A stretch of DNA of 63,982 nt, counting the filler, from Choristocarpus tenellus KU-1152 (Eukaryota; Protista; Phaeophyceae), in the NCBI GenBank assembly GCA_964200185.2. It is 12 parts of 12 records of this genome, joined end to end, with 100 filler letters (N's around TTAATTAATTAA, not from the genome) between each part and the next. Parts side by side here need not be neighbours in the genome. Positions count along the whole stretch, not along the records: positions 49,437 to 57,530 come from CAXNAD020005158.1; positions 57,631 to 60,323 come from CAXNAD020025598.1; positions 60,424 to 63,982 come from CAXNAD020019269.1; 9 more parts are not named here. One strand, given 5' to 3'. The notes below the pieces were generated by a model. The model searched no databases. It worked only from the letters and a program-made list of their open reading frames with translations, and was not told the origin of the DNA. The position numbers and the translations under genes were made by a program. Positions 52,401 to 63,632 of the stretch are shown one piece after another; position 1 is the first letter of the stretch; the number at the start of each line of letters is the position of its first letter.

Positions 52401-55400
52401 TCATCAGTTAGAGATCCAGCCTCTTGCCCCATTGATACTTCCTTCGTTGTGACTTCCATGACAGGCACCACGTGATCAGGAGCCATACTGGTCACGGCAT
52501 CCATCTGTATTGCCTGGCTGCTGTGAGACATAAAAGGCTGCCTCCTTGTGTCATTGGCATCTTCGGCAGTGAGTCCCAGGAAATGAGCATCTATGGCCTC
52601 TCTTATTGGTGTGTGTGTTAGAGTTCTAATCTCATTTGCTTTCCGAATATTGATGCCTTGGACCTGAAAAAATACACCCGGGTGTCATCCATGACAGGGA
52701 TAAGAGTAGAAGAGTTTGAGGTTATGGAGAAATATATTTCCTGAAGCGAAACTAAAGTACACATATTTAGGCTATGATGGTATTGGATGCGCTGTCCAAA
52801 TGGTTGCTAGCCCACTAATCTATTCGGCATATAAATTTTTTGTACAGCTAACTTTGATCGTGCCTGTAGTGTAAGGCTACCTAATAGAACCATTGGACTT
52901 TGATGCTGAGTCCTAGTAGCATACCCATGCACAAAATTTTAAATCAAACAGTGATGGCAGACGCAAAATGCAGACAATAATTGTAGTACGTAGCAATTAA
53001 CCCTCCCCCCTCAACCTTCGAATAATTCGGAGATTGAAGGTTTTAGAGGGGTGGGGTTGTCAACAGAGGCACATAGACATGACACGGTGAATGGGGATCA
53101 AGGATTTTAAGGATGGACATTCATATTATTACAAGGACAAAAAATGTTTTCAGCAATACCGTTGAAATAAATAGATGGGGAGAGGCATCTCATAGACTTT
53201 CTGAACACTTGAGAAAATTCATAATCTAAGGACAAGAAAGGAGACTGTTGAAATATAAGTGGTAGCTGGGATGACTCTACAACCTTGAGTACCTATGATA
53301 GGAAACAGGGGGCTCAGAGAATAACATGAAGCAATTTCTTGCCTTTCTTTGAGGGAGCACATTCTGGAGAGCTGATGAGAAAGGAGGTAGAATGGACTAA
53401 GAAACACATAGAAAGTCAACTGAGGTGGATAGAGGCAATATTTGGAAGTGAGGATGTCTATTGATGAAGCTTGTTGCAGTAAAAGCAGTTCCAAATGACA
53501 CCTGAGCTAGGACAAGGGATCCAGGCAACAGCTGCTAGATTTAAGGAGCTTTATCATTTGATCACGAAGTTTGCTATCCCTAAACCACTATTTTTTGTTC
53601 TAGGGGGCATTTACCTTATGTCTTTGTTCGGTTTGCCTTGCTAGTCCACCACTTTCCACAGCTAGGTTTTTTGTTCCTGCTATTATCTCTTTCTTCATCA
53701 ATGCCACCCTTTGTCTGGCCAGGTATCCCCTTGCTGCGGCCTCCATCAATGTAGATGCATATGTTTCCCTCTTCAACCTTGCCACTCTTCTCCTGGACAG
53801 GCTATCGCTCTCAGTTACCTCCGCCACTGTTGCAGTTGCATCCTCCTGCCTTTTTCGCAGCATCTTTCCCCTGACCATGCCACCTGCCTCAATAATTTTA
53901 GCTGCAACCGTTTCCTTTCTCATCTCTGCCACCCTTTGCCTGGCTAAATAACCCCTTGTTGCTGCCTCTATCACTGTTGCTGCAATCGCCTCTTTCCTTG
54001 CCCTGGTCATCTTTCGCCTGGTCAAATGACCCCTTGCAGCAGCCTCAACAACTGCTGCTGCTGCCCATTCTCTCATCATCCGTTCAAAAATTCGCCTGCC
54101 TATCTTCATTCTTACCATTGCCCCAATCATTGTAGCTGCAGCCCATACCTTTTGCATATTGTGAAGTTGAACCTTAGCGGCATGCATCCTAGCTGCCGAC
54201 TGAATTATAATTGCAGCCTTCTCCCTGGTCTTCAAAATCACATATCCGCTGGCCTGAGTGCATACATATGTAGCAGGTTGAACTGAGTTCTCTTTTCCAC
54301 AGTCAGGGTGCTAGATCATGTCCAACAAAAAGCTTCAGGATATTTTATTGGTGGATTTCAAAACAACAGCTCTCCCTTCAATTCTAGGGTCCATACATGA
54401 CATATTAGACGTGCTGGGATAATCTAGTGTTAAGTTTCTCTTAATGCAATCTGATGTTTTGACAACATCTATATGCGCGCGCGCGCGTGTGTGTGTGTAT
54501 CTGCACCATACTTTTCTGATGAGTGCAATTATTTACCATGGAATGTATCTTGCAGGCTGCCCCCTCCCTCTTTGCTTGTACAGATACTCTTCGCCTCTTT
54601 GCTGCTTGCTGGATGACTCGTACTGCATCCCTTTTTTTTTTTGCCACCCTTCTCCCCTGTTGCAACCTGAGCCAAGACTGGATGAACATCTGCTCAACAT
54701 CAGCACGAAATCATTTTACCTTTTGTTGAATGCACGTAGACTTTCGTCTGAGAGCAGCTCCACAATACAATGGTGGTATCTTCCATCAGACCACTTTTGA
54801 ATGTTCTGCAGTACCTACACATTGCTCTGGCGTGATTCTTCAGCAGATATAATGCCATGTAGATCAACCACTAACCTCAACACTCTCTAATGATCTCTCC
54901 TGTTGGTCAAGTGCCCAAGTAACAGGAAACATATGTATAAATATTTTGTATATACACAAAGAAATGAAGCACCTGGAGAAAGGTTGCTGTGCCATAATGT
55001 TCTTTTGCAAGGTTTCCATGAGGAAATAAAATTGGACTCTCAGGTGCCATATTGTACTACCTTTAAGTCATTCCTATTACCATACTCTTCGCCATTTTGC
55101 ATGTCAATATGTTGGCACTCACAAGAGTCATGGATAGCATACTATATACGTGAGGAATGTCCTGTACCTTGTACGTCAGATTTTATTGTACCATTATTCA
55201 TCTCCAAGTGGTCCTAATATTGACCTGAACTGAAGGAAGGTGTTATTCGCAGCATCACACCACCATCTAGCACCTACAACTTTCAGTTACAATAGATGGA
55301 TATATTTTAGCTGAGAAGGCAAAGTTACTATTATATGCTATTTGAATCAAATTGATGCCGTGTAGGTTTGTCCCTTGGTCATAGGAGAGAGATATTCTTG

Positions 55401-55778
55401 AGTTTTTGTGCTCCTGCTAAACATAATCTATTTGAAAGCTGAATTGAAGATCATTGCCCTTGCTCATTCATCGTCCCACTTGCGAATGTTAATGATTTAC
55501 AAATGGTTCACTACTCATGTGACCCCTGATTCCAAGTCTATGCAATGGTGGAACACTGCTGAAGGAGTATAGCAATAGTGCATACAAGAGGAGAACAAAC
55601 AAAGAAAAATGAGCAGGAAATACTCACAGCAGCCTTTCTTGTTTTTTGGCCCATCCCTGCCTTTGATTTGGCGGCAGCAATCCAACCAAGAGGTTGCACA
55701 CTGTGTGCAGCCATAAGATATTTTCGTCGATTTTGAAGTTCATTCCTTGCTGCTTGTGCGCGGACCATGGTTTGTATC
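49437..55778 (-). CDS. Large IQ-motif (calmodulin-binding) protein with acidic repeat tail; exons 55778-55628, 54689-54537, 54253-53615, 52663-<49437; incomplete at both ends
   Basis: GT-AG introns join in frame (KAA|MFIQSWLR; KIHSM|ASGY; RHK|VQG); tandem IQ-like motifs IQSAARM, IEAATRGYLARQ, MEAAARGYLARQ; last exon open for >3.2 kb up to the gap. Confidence 0.85.
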
Positions 55779-57056
55779 CTGCACACAGAGAGGTAGCAAA
55801 GAGCTTTTGAGGAAGGGAATCTTTTCTTGTTTCAATTTTTTTTGTGTGTGGGGAGGAGCGAGTGTGCCTTAAAAAAATAAATAAAAATAAAAATGCTTAA
55901 GATGGACTCTATCGAGAATGTGAAATCTGTAGCATTGTGCATCGCAACATTTCAATTGACTTCAGCTCGAGTACTTGGAGTAACCAAACAACCCAACTGA
56001 AAAAAAATCGGTTATTCGGGTTAAGTTATTCTGAATACAACCAGAGGTACGACCACTGAACGTGTCGGAGGTCATCGAACCGCTTACTTGTTGCAAGGCT
56101 TCACTGTCCACAACTCAGTACACGTTTCAGTATATATTCACGACATAGTTAAATCTTCCTGGTGAGACTCGTGAACTCTTTGAAGTCTTGGCCTCACGGC
56201 ACCACATGCCATCTGAAGATTTGTGCGCATTCCCTACATGCTGCCTCATACGCTGACAGTTCGATACTAGCAATAAGAAAATTCCTCCAGCTGATGTAAC
56301 CGTAGTCATATAAATTATTTCAGCTTACAACACTAGAAACCTAGGTTGTTTTGTGTTAATTTGAAGAAAAGCTTCTTTCTGTTTTTTCCAGATTATGTGT
56401 TTGTTGTTTGTTGTAGGTCATAAGTTGCTCAAAAGGTATTTGAAGGTTGTTGAAGCACCGAGTATGGTCCAAGCTCTTGTTTCTCACCCTGACCTGGTCA
56501 TTTCAGTCCTGCCCAAGCAGTGGTCTGTAGATAGCAAGAGGATGATTGTCCACCATTGCTGACGTGTTTGCCACAAACTTACCAAGATTTATTGAGCAAA
56601 GAATTAATTTACTGTTATGTTATAGTAAAGGTCCTTGTGTGACAGGGTTTCTATTTCAAGGGGTATATTGGTAACGATTTGAAGAAGTCAATCAATACCC
56701 GGACATTGTCCTCCTGTCCAAGAGAAGCTGTAGTGAGCTAACTGAGAGGGAGGTGCCGCTAAGTTTTAAGAGTACCTCTGATATTTTAGTGGCACATACC
56801 CGGAGTACATGCCTTTGAGGCAAGCCGTCCACAATTTTGGAGTAGCATTTTGGCTTTTCTTTTTTTCCGTTCAATTTGCAGGAGTAGTCGTCCTCATCGG
56901 CAGGATTTTTAGAAAATCTTCATCTTCTCGAAGCAAACTTGAAAAGTCACTTGAAGCTCAAAATTTCCAAAACATACACCCCTCTTAGTTACTTCACTGA
57001 AATATATTTACCATCCGTAGATGTTCTTTGCACTATTACACTAGTTATGCACTAGT

Positions 57057-57324
57057 GAGCCAATGTATACAAGAGGTACCCAGGTTTTGGCAATCTTGTG
57101 CTTCAAGACATTTTTTCAGTCTTTTGCAATTCACTCATATTTTTATTATTTTTATGGATGACGTTCTAAGCTTTACTAGAATGCGTTTATTTATTTGTTG
57201 TTTGGAAATTTTCGACACAATTAAGAAAATTACCTATGCACATTTGTAAAAAAAGTCGAATTTTGGACATATTCATAACCATCCTTAAAATGCAACTCTG
57301 AGCACCTCTTGCTTACTTTAACTC
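57057..57324. mobile_element. MITE family C copy with TSD AGT
   Basis: GAGCCAATGTATACAAGAGGTACCCAGG ... CACCTCTTGCTTACTTTAACTC; AGT on both sides. Confidence 0.82.
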
Positions 57325-57349
57325 AGTATGGTATGATACCTCTGCTGGT

Positions 57350-57530
57350 GCCTCAAAGTATCTGGGGGGGGGATCTACACCAGGATGTCCATTTGGACCC
57401 TGACTAGCAAAAGTGCACTTACAGTATCCATCCGACATATGCAACCAAATCACACAAAAATTGCGAAATGGAAAAATGGGCCCCAAATGGACAGCCGCCA
57501 CCCCCCCCCCCCCCCCCCAACAACCCTTCC
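57350..57530. mobile_element. MITE family B (reverse), runs into gap
   Basis: CTCAAAGTATCTGGGGGGGGGATCTACACCAGG ... CCAAATGGACAGCCGCC plus C-run. Confidence 0.85.
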
Positions 57531-57630
57531 NNNNNNNNNNNNNNNNNNNNNNNNNNNNNNNNNNNNNNNNNNNNTTAATTAATTAANNNNNNNNNNNNNN
57601 NNNNNNNNNNNNNNNNNNNNNNNNNNNNNN

Positions 57631-57705
57631 AAAAAATCCATGGGAAGCCAAGCCCCACAAATGGACAAACAGGGAAAAATTCGTACCCTCTAAGATAGTT
57701 TCACT
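57631..57705. mobile_element. MITE family A terminal fragment
   Basis: GGACAAACAGGGAAAAATTCGTACCCTCTAAGATAGTTTCAC. Confidence 0.8.
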
Positions 57706-60243
57706 GTGATCCTCCTTATTGCTTCCTTCCGCAATAATGTGTGTCACAAATCAATCTTCAACAGAAGTGTAAAATACGCCATAATACGTTAGAATCGATG
57801 GATCTTAATGGCGGTTTCATGAACGTAATTATGAAGTCTCAGGTTACATATTGGGGTTTTTGACGTTTTATTTATTATTTGATACTTTGAGACACCATGT
57901 TCAACTCTTTTTATGTTGTTGATCAAATGATCAAGTCGATAATCAAAGTAAAAAATCCATCATATATGCCAACTTTATATTGTGGCGTTGTCATTCAAGC
58001 CTCATCTTCTACGTACAGGTTAGGGGCTGAGGATACTATTTCATCTGTGCTAGGTGTGTGAACACAACGTTTTTAATATGGAGGCTCACCGATCATGTCT
58101 AGTGTTTCCTCCACTGAGAGAGGGGAACAACCTCAGGTCATTATATGGGACATTTGTTGGATCAGTAAGAATTATTGGATTCAACCTACAGTAGGTCTAC
58201 ACTTATATTGTGAATCTGCTACCCCCTCTCTCCAATGAAGGAGAAAGGGCCTGCTTTATGGTACCTGTGACTCTAAACGCCATATCCTCCGCTGGGAACG
58301 ACCTTTGCGACAATGGAGGACGTCATTCGCGCATGGTCGCATCAATGGGCTTGAGACCCCAGTATTCCAGACCATAACTGCACGATCTCTTCTCTAATGG
58401 GGAATGACCTTGAGGCTATCCAGGAGAGCACTGGCTGCCTTACTGTGTGTACCGTGTGTGCATGAACGGCTTCTGAGGCGCCCAGCGCTCCAGACCATGG
58501 CTTCAGGGGTTCCCTCTCATTCAGAGGGGATGGCCTTGAGGCTATGCATGGGAGCACTGACTGCTTTACTGTTGTGTATGCCGTGTGTACTGAGTTGTTA
58601 GAGTAGGTTACACCTTATTCGCTCACTCACTCTTATTGCCTGTTGGTGCTCTCATTGTTTATTTGCTTTCTCCTGCATTGTGATAATCGCTTTTCAGGTA
58701 CAGAGACAACCAGTAGTTCAATCAGTCACGCCTCAAGTGCTGTCCTGGGTTGTCAGCAATTCCAGGAGGGTAAAAGGTGGCTGAGGAAGCACATGGTTTG
58801 CTTTCACCTGGCATTCAATGGAACGTGTTGCAATTATTTGACATAGAGGTAATACTTAAGACATGTTTACAGAATATTCCGAAGGAGTAATTGATCCCAC
58901 CTTACAGGACCAAACCGCAGACAGGATACTTACATCACTGATCAGAATACAAAGGTGGAATTAAAAAATAATCTAGGAGTTGCCAAAGGGCTGTCGTAAC
59001 CCTTTCCCGTGACAACGATTATTTATTATGGCACTGTCATCAAGTTTCATCTTCTACCTACAGGCTTCAGGGCTGAGTCTACTGTCCCATCTACATTAGG
59101 AGTGTAAACACAGTGTTTGTTACATAAGTATGGCAAAATAGATGAGTACAGTAAAATGGATTAACAGGAGATGCAAAAGGAAAAAAAGTCAAGTTGTTAT
59201 CAAGTATGTCAAAAGAGAAAATGCCCAGTCACGCAATTGCAAGCAAATATCAACTCCAGCAACAGGGCCACCAAGTCCCAACACAACGGGGTAACTATCT
59301 ACTTCACATATCGTAAACCATATATTTAAGTCCAGTCCTGTACTCTTGCCAGTAACATATAGGTACCGTCGCTACTACCAAAGAGAGGGTAACACAAGTA
59401 TTAGGCGACCGTGGTCTCTTTTGCATGACAAACTTTCCAATTAGTGTTGAAACCGAAGGGATCATTTTTTTTTCTGGGATTTGTCTATACTATGCTCAGC
59501 TGCAATGACCTCACATAGCCTCATGTTGTGTGCTATGCCGATACTTCGATGATTATCTAATGCTGTAGTACATTTTCTGTATTATTATTGCTTGAATAAC
59601 ACCTGCAAAACCTTTTGATTCGCAACACTATTCACTCATCGTCGAATTCCGTCAATAATGTGAGTACCAAGCATTTAGATTTTGTCAAAAACAGCCACAC
59701 AGTATCAGGACATAGTAACCTTTTTTCATAGTTGCATAATGCGTCAAAGCTCACTGAAATATTTCTAAGCAAGGCCTTTGCTTGGTGACTCTCATAATGA
59801 TTGTGTTACAACACGCTTCAAAGCTTACCTCCATGGGATGTATAGCTCCAATCCACAGACCTATAGTTGGCGCTGATACTTGTACAAGACTCCCAGGATA
59901 CTCCCTCCGACAGTCAAAGGGTCCAATAAACATCAGGTCTGCAGATAAAGTATAATGTCTGAATCAGTAGCCATCATATAGAGAATAATGGTCTCAGTCG
60001 ATATTAAAAAGTGAGCCATGTGACCATGGGGACACTGTTTATGTTTGCATCATTCACCATTTATTTGTATTTACAGACTTCACATATATCTGCAAACCGT
60101 TGCATACATCCCCAAGTTACAGATCTTACCCTGCAACTTTTAGCAAATCGGAGTTTCCCCCTAAGGCGTTCCCCACGCATGTATACTGCTCGTGCTTATT
60201 AGGGCGCAAGAAGAGATACCTGCGCTATTCACCTGTCAAATTT

Positions 60244-60323
60244 GAGTCAAAGTATCTTAGAGGGTAGGGCCGCGTCCATTCGGGGGCCGATATCCAATGT
60301 TGCGATTTCCATGTAATTTTATC
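60244..60323. mobile_element. MITE family A terminus at contig end
   Basis: GAGTCAAAGTATCTTAGAGGGTAGGGCCGCGTCC. Confidence 0.85.
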
Positions 60324-60423
60324 NNNNNNNNNNNNNNNNNNNNNNNNNNNNNNNNNNNNNNNNNNNNTTAATTAATTAANNNNNNNNNNNNNNNNNNNNN
60401 NNNNNNNNNNNNNNNNNNNNNNN

Positions 60424-61263
60424 CTGGTAACACCAGCATTTCTAGATTCGATGCCCTGTCATTATTTGCGTTTCCAACCGTGTACATACCACCTGTCAAT
60501 GGGTGATACCAGCATTTCTAGATTCGATGCCCTGTAATTATGTGCATTTCCAACCACGTACACACCACCTGTCAATGCTGGTAACACCAGCATTTCTAGA
60601 TTCGATGCCCTGTAATTATTTGCGTTTCCAACCGTGTACATACCACCTGTCGATGCTGGTGATACCAGCATTTTCACAGTCAGTACCCTGTAATTATGTG
60701 CGTTTCCAACCATGTACACACCACCTGTCAATAGTGGTGATACCAGCATTTTCAAATTCAGTACCCTGTATTTTGTAACCTTTCCAACCGTGTACACACC
60801 ACCTGTCAATGCTGGTAATACCAACAATTTCAGATTCGATGCCCTGCAATTATTTGCGTTTCCAACCGTGTACACACCACCTGTCAATGCTGGTAACACT
60901 AGCATTTTCAAATTCGGTATCCTGTATTTGTAACCTTGACAACCGTGTACACACCACCTGTCAGCAGTGGTAATCAGAGTGAAAGTATCTTAGAGGGTAC
61001 GAGTTTTGCCCTGTTTGTCCGTTTGGGTCTTGGCTTACCACGGGGAGTTTAGGGCATTTTACCTACCCCGAAACGTTTCAGAGTAGGTAAAATATATACG
61101 TTATGAAAAGGTGTGTCCGGAACAAGGATATTGGCACTTCCTAACAAACAAGAGAGCCAAAATTACATCAAAATCGCAACATTGGATTTTGGTCCCCAAA
61201 CGGACGCTACTCTACCCTCTAAGATACTTTGACTCAATACCGGCATTTTCAGATTCGATGCTC
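60424..61263. repeat. 78-bp tandem array (at least 7 units) interrupted by MITE A
   Basis: CCAACCGTGTAC recurs at 60474, 60550, 60628, 60706, 60784, 60862 and ~60939; the unit resumes at 61236 after the MITE. Confidence 0.95.
60977..61235. mobile_element. MITE family A, full copy (diverged copy follows at ~61266-61488)
   Basis: GAGTGAAAGTATCTTAGAGGGTA ... TACCCTCTAAGATACTTTGACTC. Confidence 0.93.
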
Positions 61264-61512
61264 TATGTTAGAAGGCAAAAGTGTTTCGCCGGTTGTCTTT
61301 TGGGGCTTGGCTGCCCACGGGTTTTGTACTTACTCCAAAATGTTTTGGAGAAGTACAATGTCTACACTATGGAAAGGAGTGTTCGGAAAAAGGACAGTGA
61401 CATCTACAAACAATAATGATGGCAAGAATGCAACATTTGAATTCGGCCGCCAAATGGACGCGGCCCTACCTCTAAGATATTTCGACCAGCTCCCATGATA
61501 CCAACTCCTAAC

Positions 61513-62220
61513 CGTAAATTCCTTTCATCTTCATCTTTCACCTTCGCAGTTCGACGTAATGGTTTCCTGCTCAGGTTGTTAGTATTTCAAATAGACACAC
61601 ACACCCCCAACCGTCTTGCCGCACTTTGGAATTTGATGGCCTTTACCGTTCGACAGAACACATGAAATTCATTCATTACTATCTGCCTTATGTCAAGCAC
61701 AAACCTGCGCATCGTTGCCCTCTCAACATCCAACCCGAGTCAGCGCGTAAATACCTTTCATGTTCATCTTTCACTTTCGCAGTTCGACGTAATGTTTTCC
61801 TGCTCAGGTTGTTAGTATTTCAAGTGGGCACACACACTCCCAACCATCTTGCCGAGCTTTGGAATTTGATGGCCTTTACTGTTCGACAGAACACATGAAA
61901 TTCATTCATTACTGGCTGCCATATGTCAAGCATAAACCTGTGCGTGGTTGCCCTCCCGACATCTAACCCGGTTCGGCGCGTAAATTCCTTTCATGTTCAC
62001 CTTTCACTTTCGAGATTCGATGTAATGTTCTCCTGCTACAGATTACTATTTCAAATCGACACACACACACCCCAACAGTCTTGCCGCGCTTTGGATATTG
62101 ACGGCCTCTGCCGTTAGACAGAACGCATGAAATTCATTCACTATTGCCTGCCTATGTCAAGCACAAACCTGTGCATGATTGCCCTTGCTACATGTTACCT
62201 TGGTCGGGGCGTAAATCCTT
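61513..62220. repeat. ~233-bp tandem repeat, 3 units
   Basis: CGTAAAT unit starts at 61513, 61746, 61979 and 62210. Confidence 0.93.
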
Positions 62221-62640
62221 CCAGACTGCGTTCGGTATTGGTGCGTACTCATATTCAATATTCATCCCATGTCAACCGGGTTAACAGTTTCAAATTTATT
62301 AGTAAATAGCGAACTTCAAGGAAAGCGCTACGCCGTCCTCATGTCCACAACATCGCTACGCCCATTTCATATCACGTTTTCATAGCCCACACATGGACAC
62401 GAACCCTGCACTCCGTACAGATCCCATCATCATTAATCACACAGTCCATCACTGTTCGTATAAAGACACCCTTGCTGTGCTTGGCTAACCACAGCATCCA
62501 CCCCTACGTCGATATCCTTCTCCTTTGCTGACACCGTTGTCCTAACATTTTCCCCTCTACCTTCACAGACAGCCGGCCGAAGGCCCAGGGACTCATGAAC
62601 ACAAAATACCACAGACCTGATAAAGTCGAACCTCATCGCG

Positions 62641-63632
62641 ATGTGTACGATGGACCTCACCGCATCTGACTTCTTGACACAGAGATACAACGCCAACCCT
62701 CTTGACAACGGTAGAGTGGAGTCTATGTTCTTGAAGCTGGGGCCGGACCCACAGGTCACCGCCGATAGGCTCGCGGGGATCCTGAGTGGCAGCCTTTTCC
62801 CCTGTGCTCGAGATGGAAGACCATATGCGACTTCAAAGCCGACATGTGCAGGGCAAACGTACCCTCCAGTGTGCCAGACAGGGAACTGTTTCAATATTAT
62901 ACCGCCAATAACAACTTGGACGTGGATCATAATGGCGACGATAGGGAGATAGAGGACGACGACAACCTCTTGTTTTGCCTTAATGGACAACACTGCGTAT
63001 TGGTGTTGAGGACAATCGAGTGCGTCGCCAAGGAGGACAATGTCCCTTGTGGCATCAACCTCCCGGCCCATGTAACAACGCGATGGGCCTCGGAAGTAGG
63101 AGCAAACCTCCAGATCGCCCACCACAGGAGCTTCATGTGGAAGATATATCCATATTGCAGCCGGGAAAAGGCTGAATCAATCTCCATAGGAGAGAGCGTT
63201 GCAACCAGCCGATCGCACGTGCCAAACATCCTAGACATATTCCGTTGGATGGTGTCTTGGGTTGCCGCTATCCTGGAGTATAGGCGCGACTTCAGTTGCG
63301 ACAAGTCCCATCCCTACGTCCGGGAAACGGAAGAGGATCTGATCATCGCACACGCATGGCGACTGGTCGCCAACTGCAACCAGTACTGTCTAGGTGACAT
63401 AGACTTACGGAGTGCCGATGTCTCATTACAGACGTCTGTTAAGAGAAGGGTAGCTGCCAAGATAAAGGCATTCCCCAGAGAAGCTTGGGATGACACACAT
63501 ATGGAAGCCGATGTGAATAGACTCACCGACCAGACCTCCATTCAATTCTTCAACGCGATCGCCACCCTTGCCTACATATGCGCGGGAGAAGGTGAGATTC
63601 TCACGGCTTCTTCCACAGGAAACGATTCGTGA
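62641..63632 (+). pseudogene. Intronless frameshifted ORF with ParB/Sulfiredoxin-like motifs
   Basis: ORF 62641-62952 (YNANPLDNGRVESMF) overlaps ORF 62844-63632 (LFCLNGQHCVLVL); joined by one frameshift near 62850. Confidence 0.45.

Noticed and set aside
53600-55786. ASPM or myosin assignment for the IQ gene
   Set aside because: No CH, ASH or motor domain visible; IQ motifs alone are not diagnostic
60424-60976. CRISPR-like array (palindromic repeat plus ~30-bp variable part)
   Set aside because: Variable parts are homologous variants of each other rather than unique spacers; eukaryotic context; no cas genes
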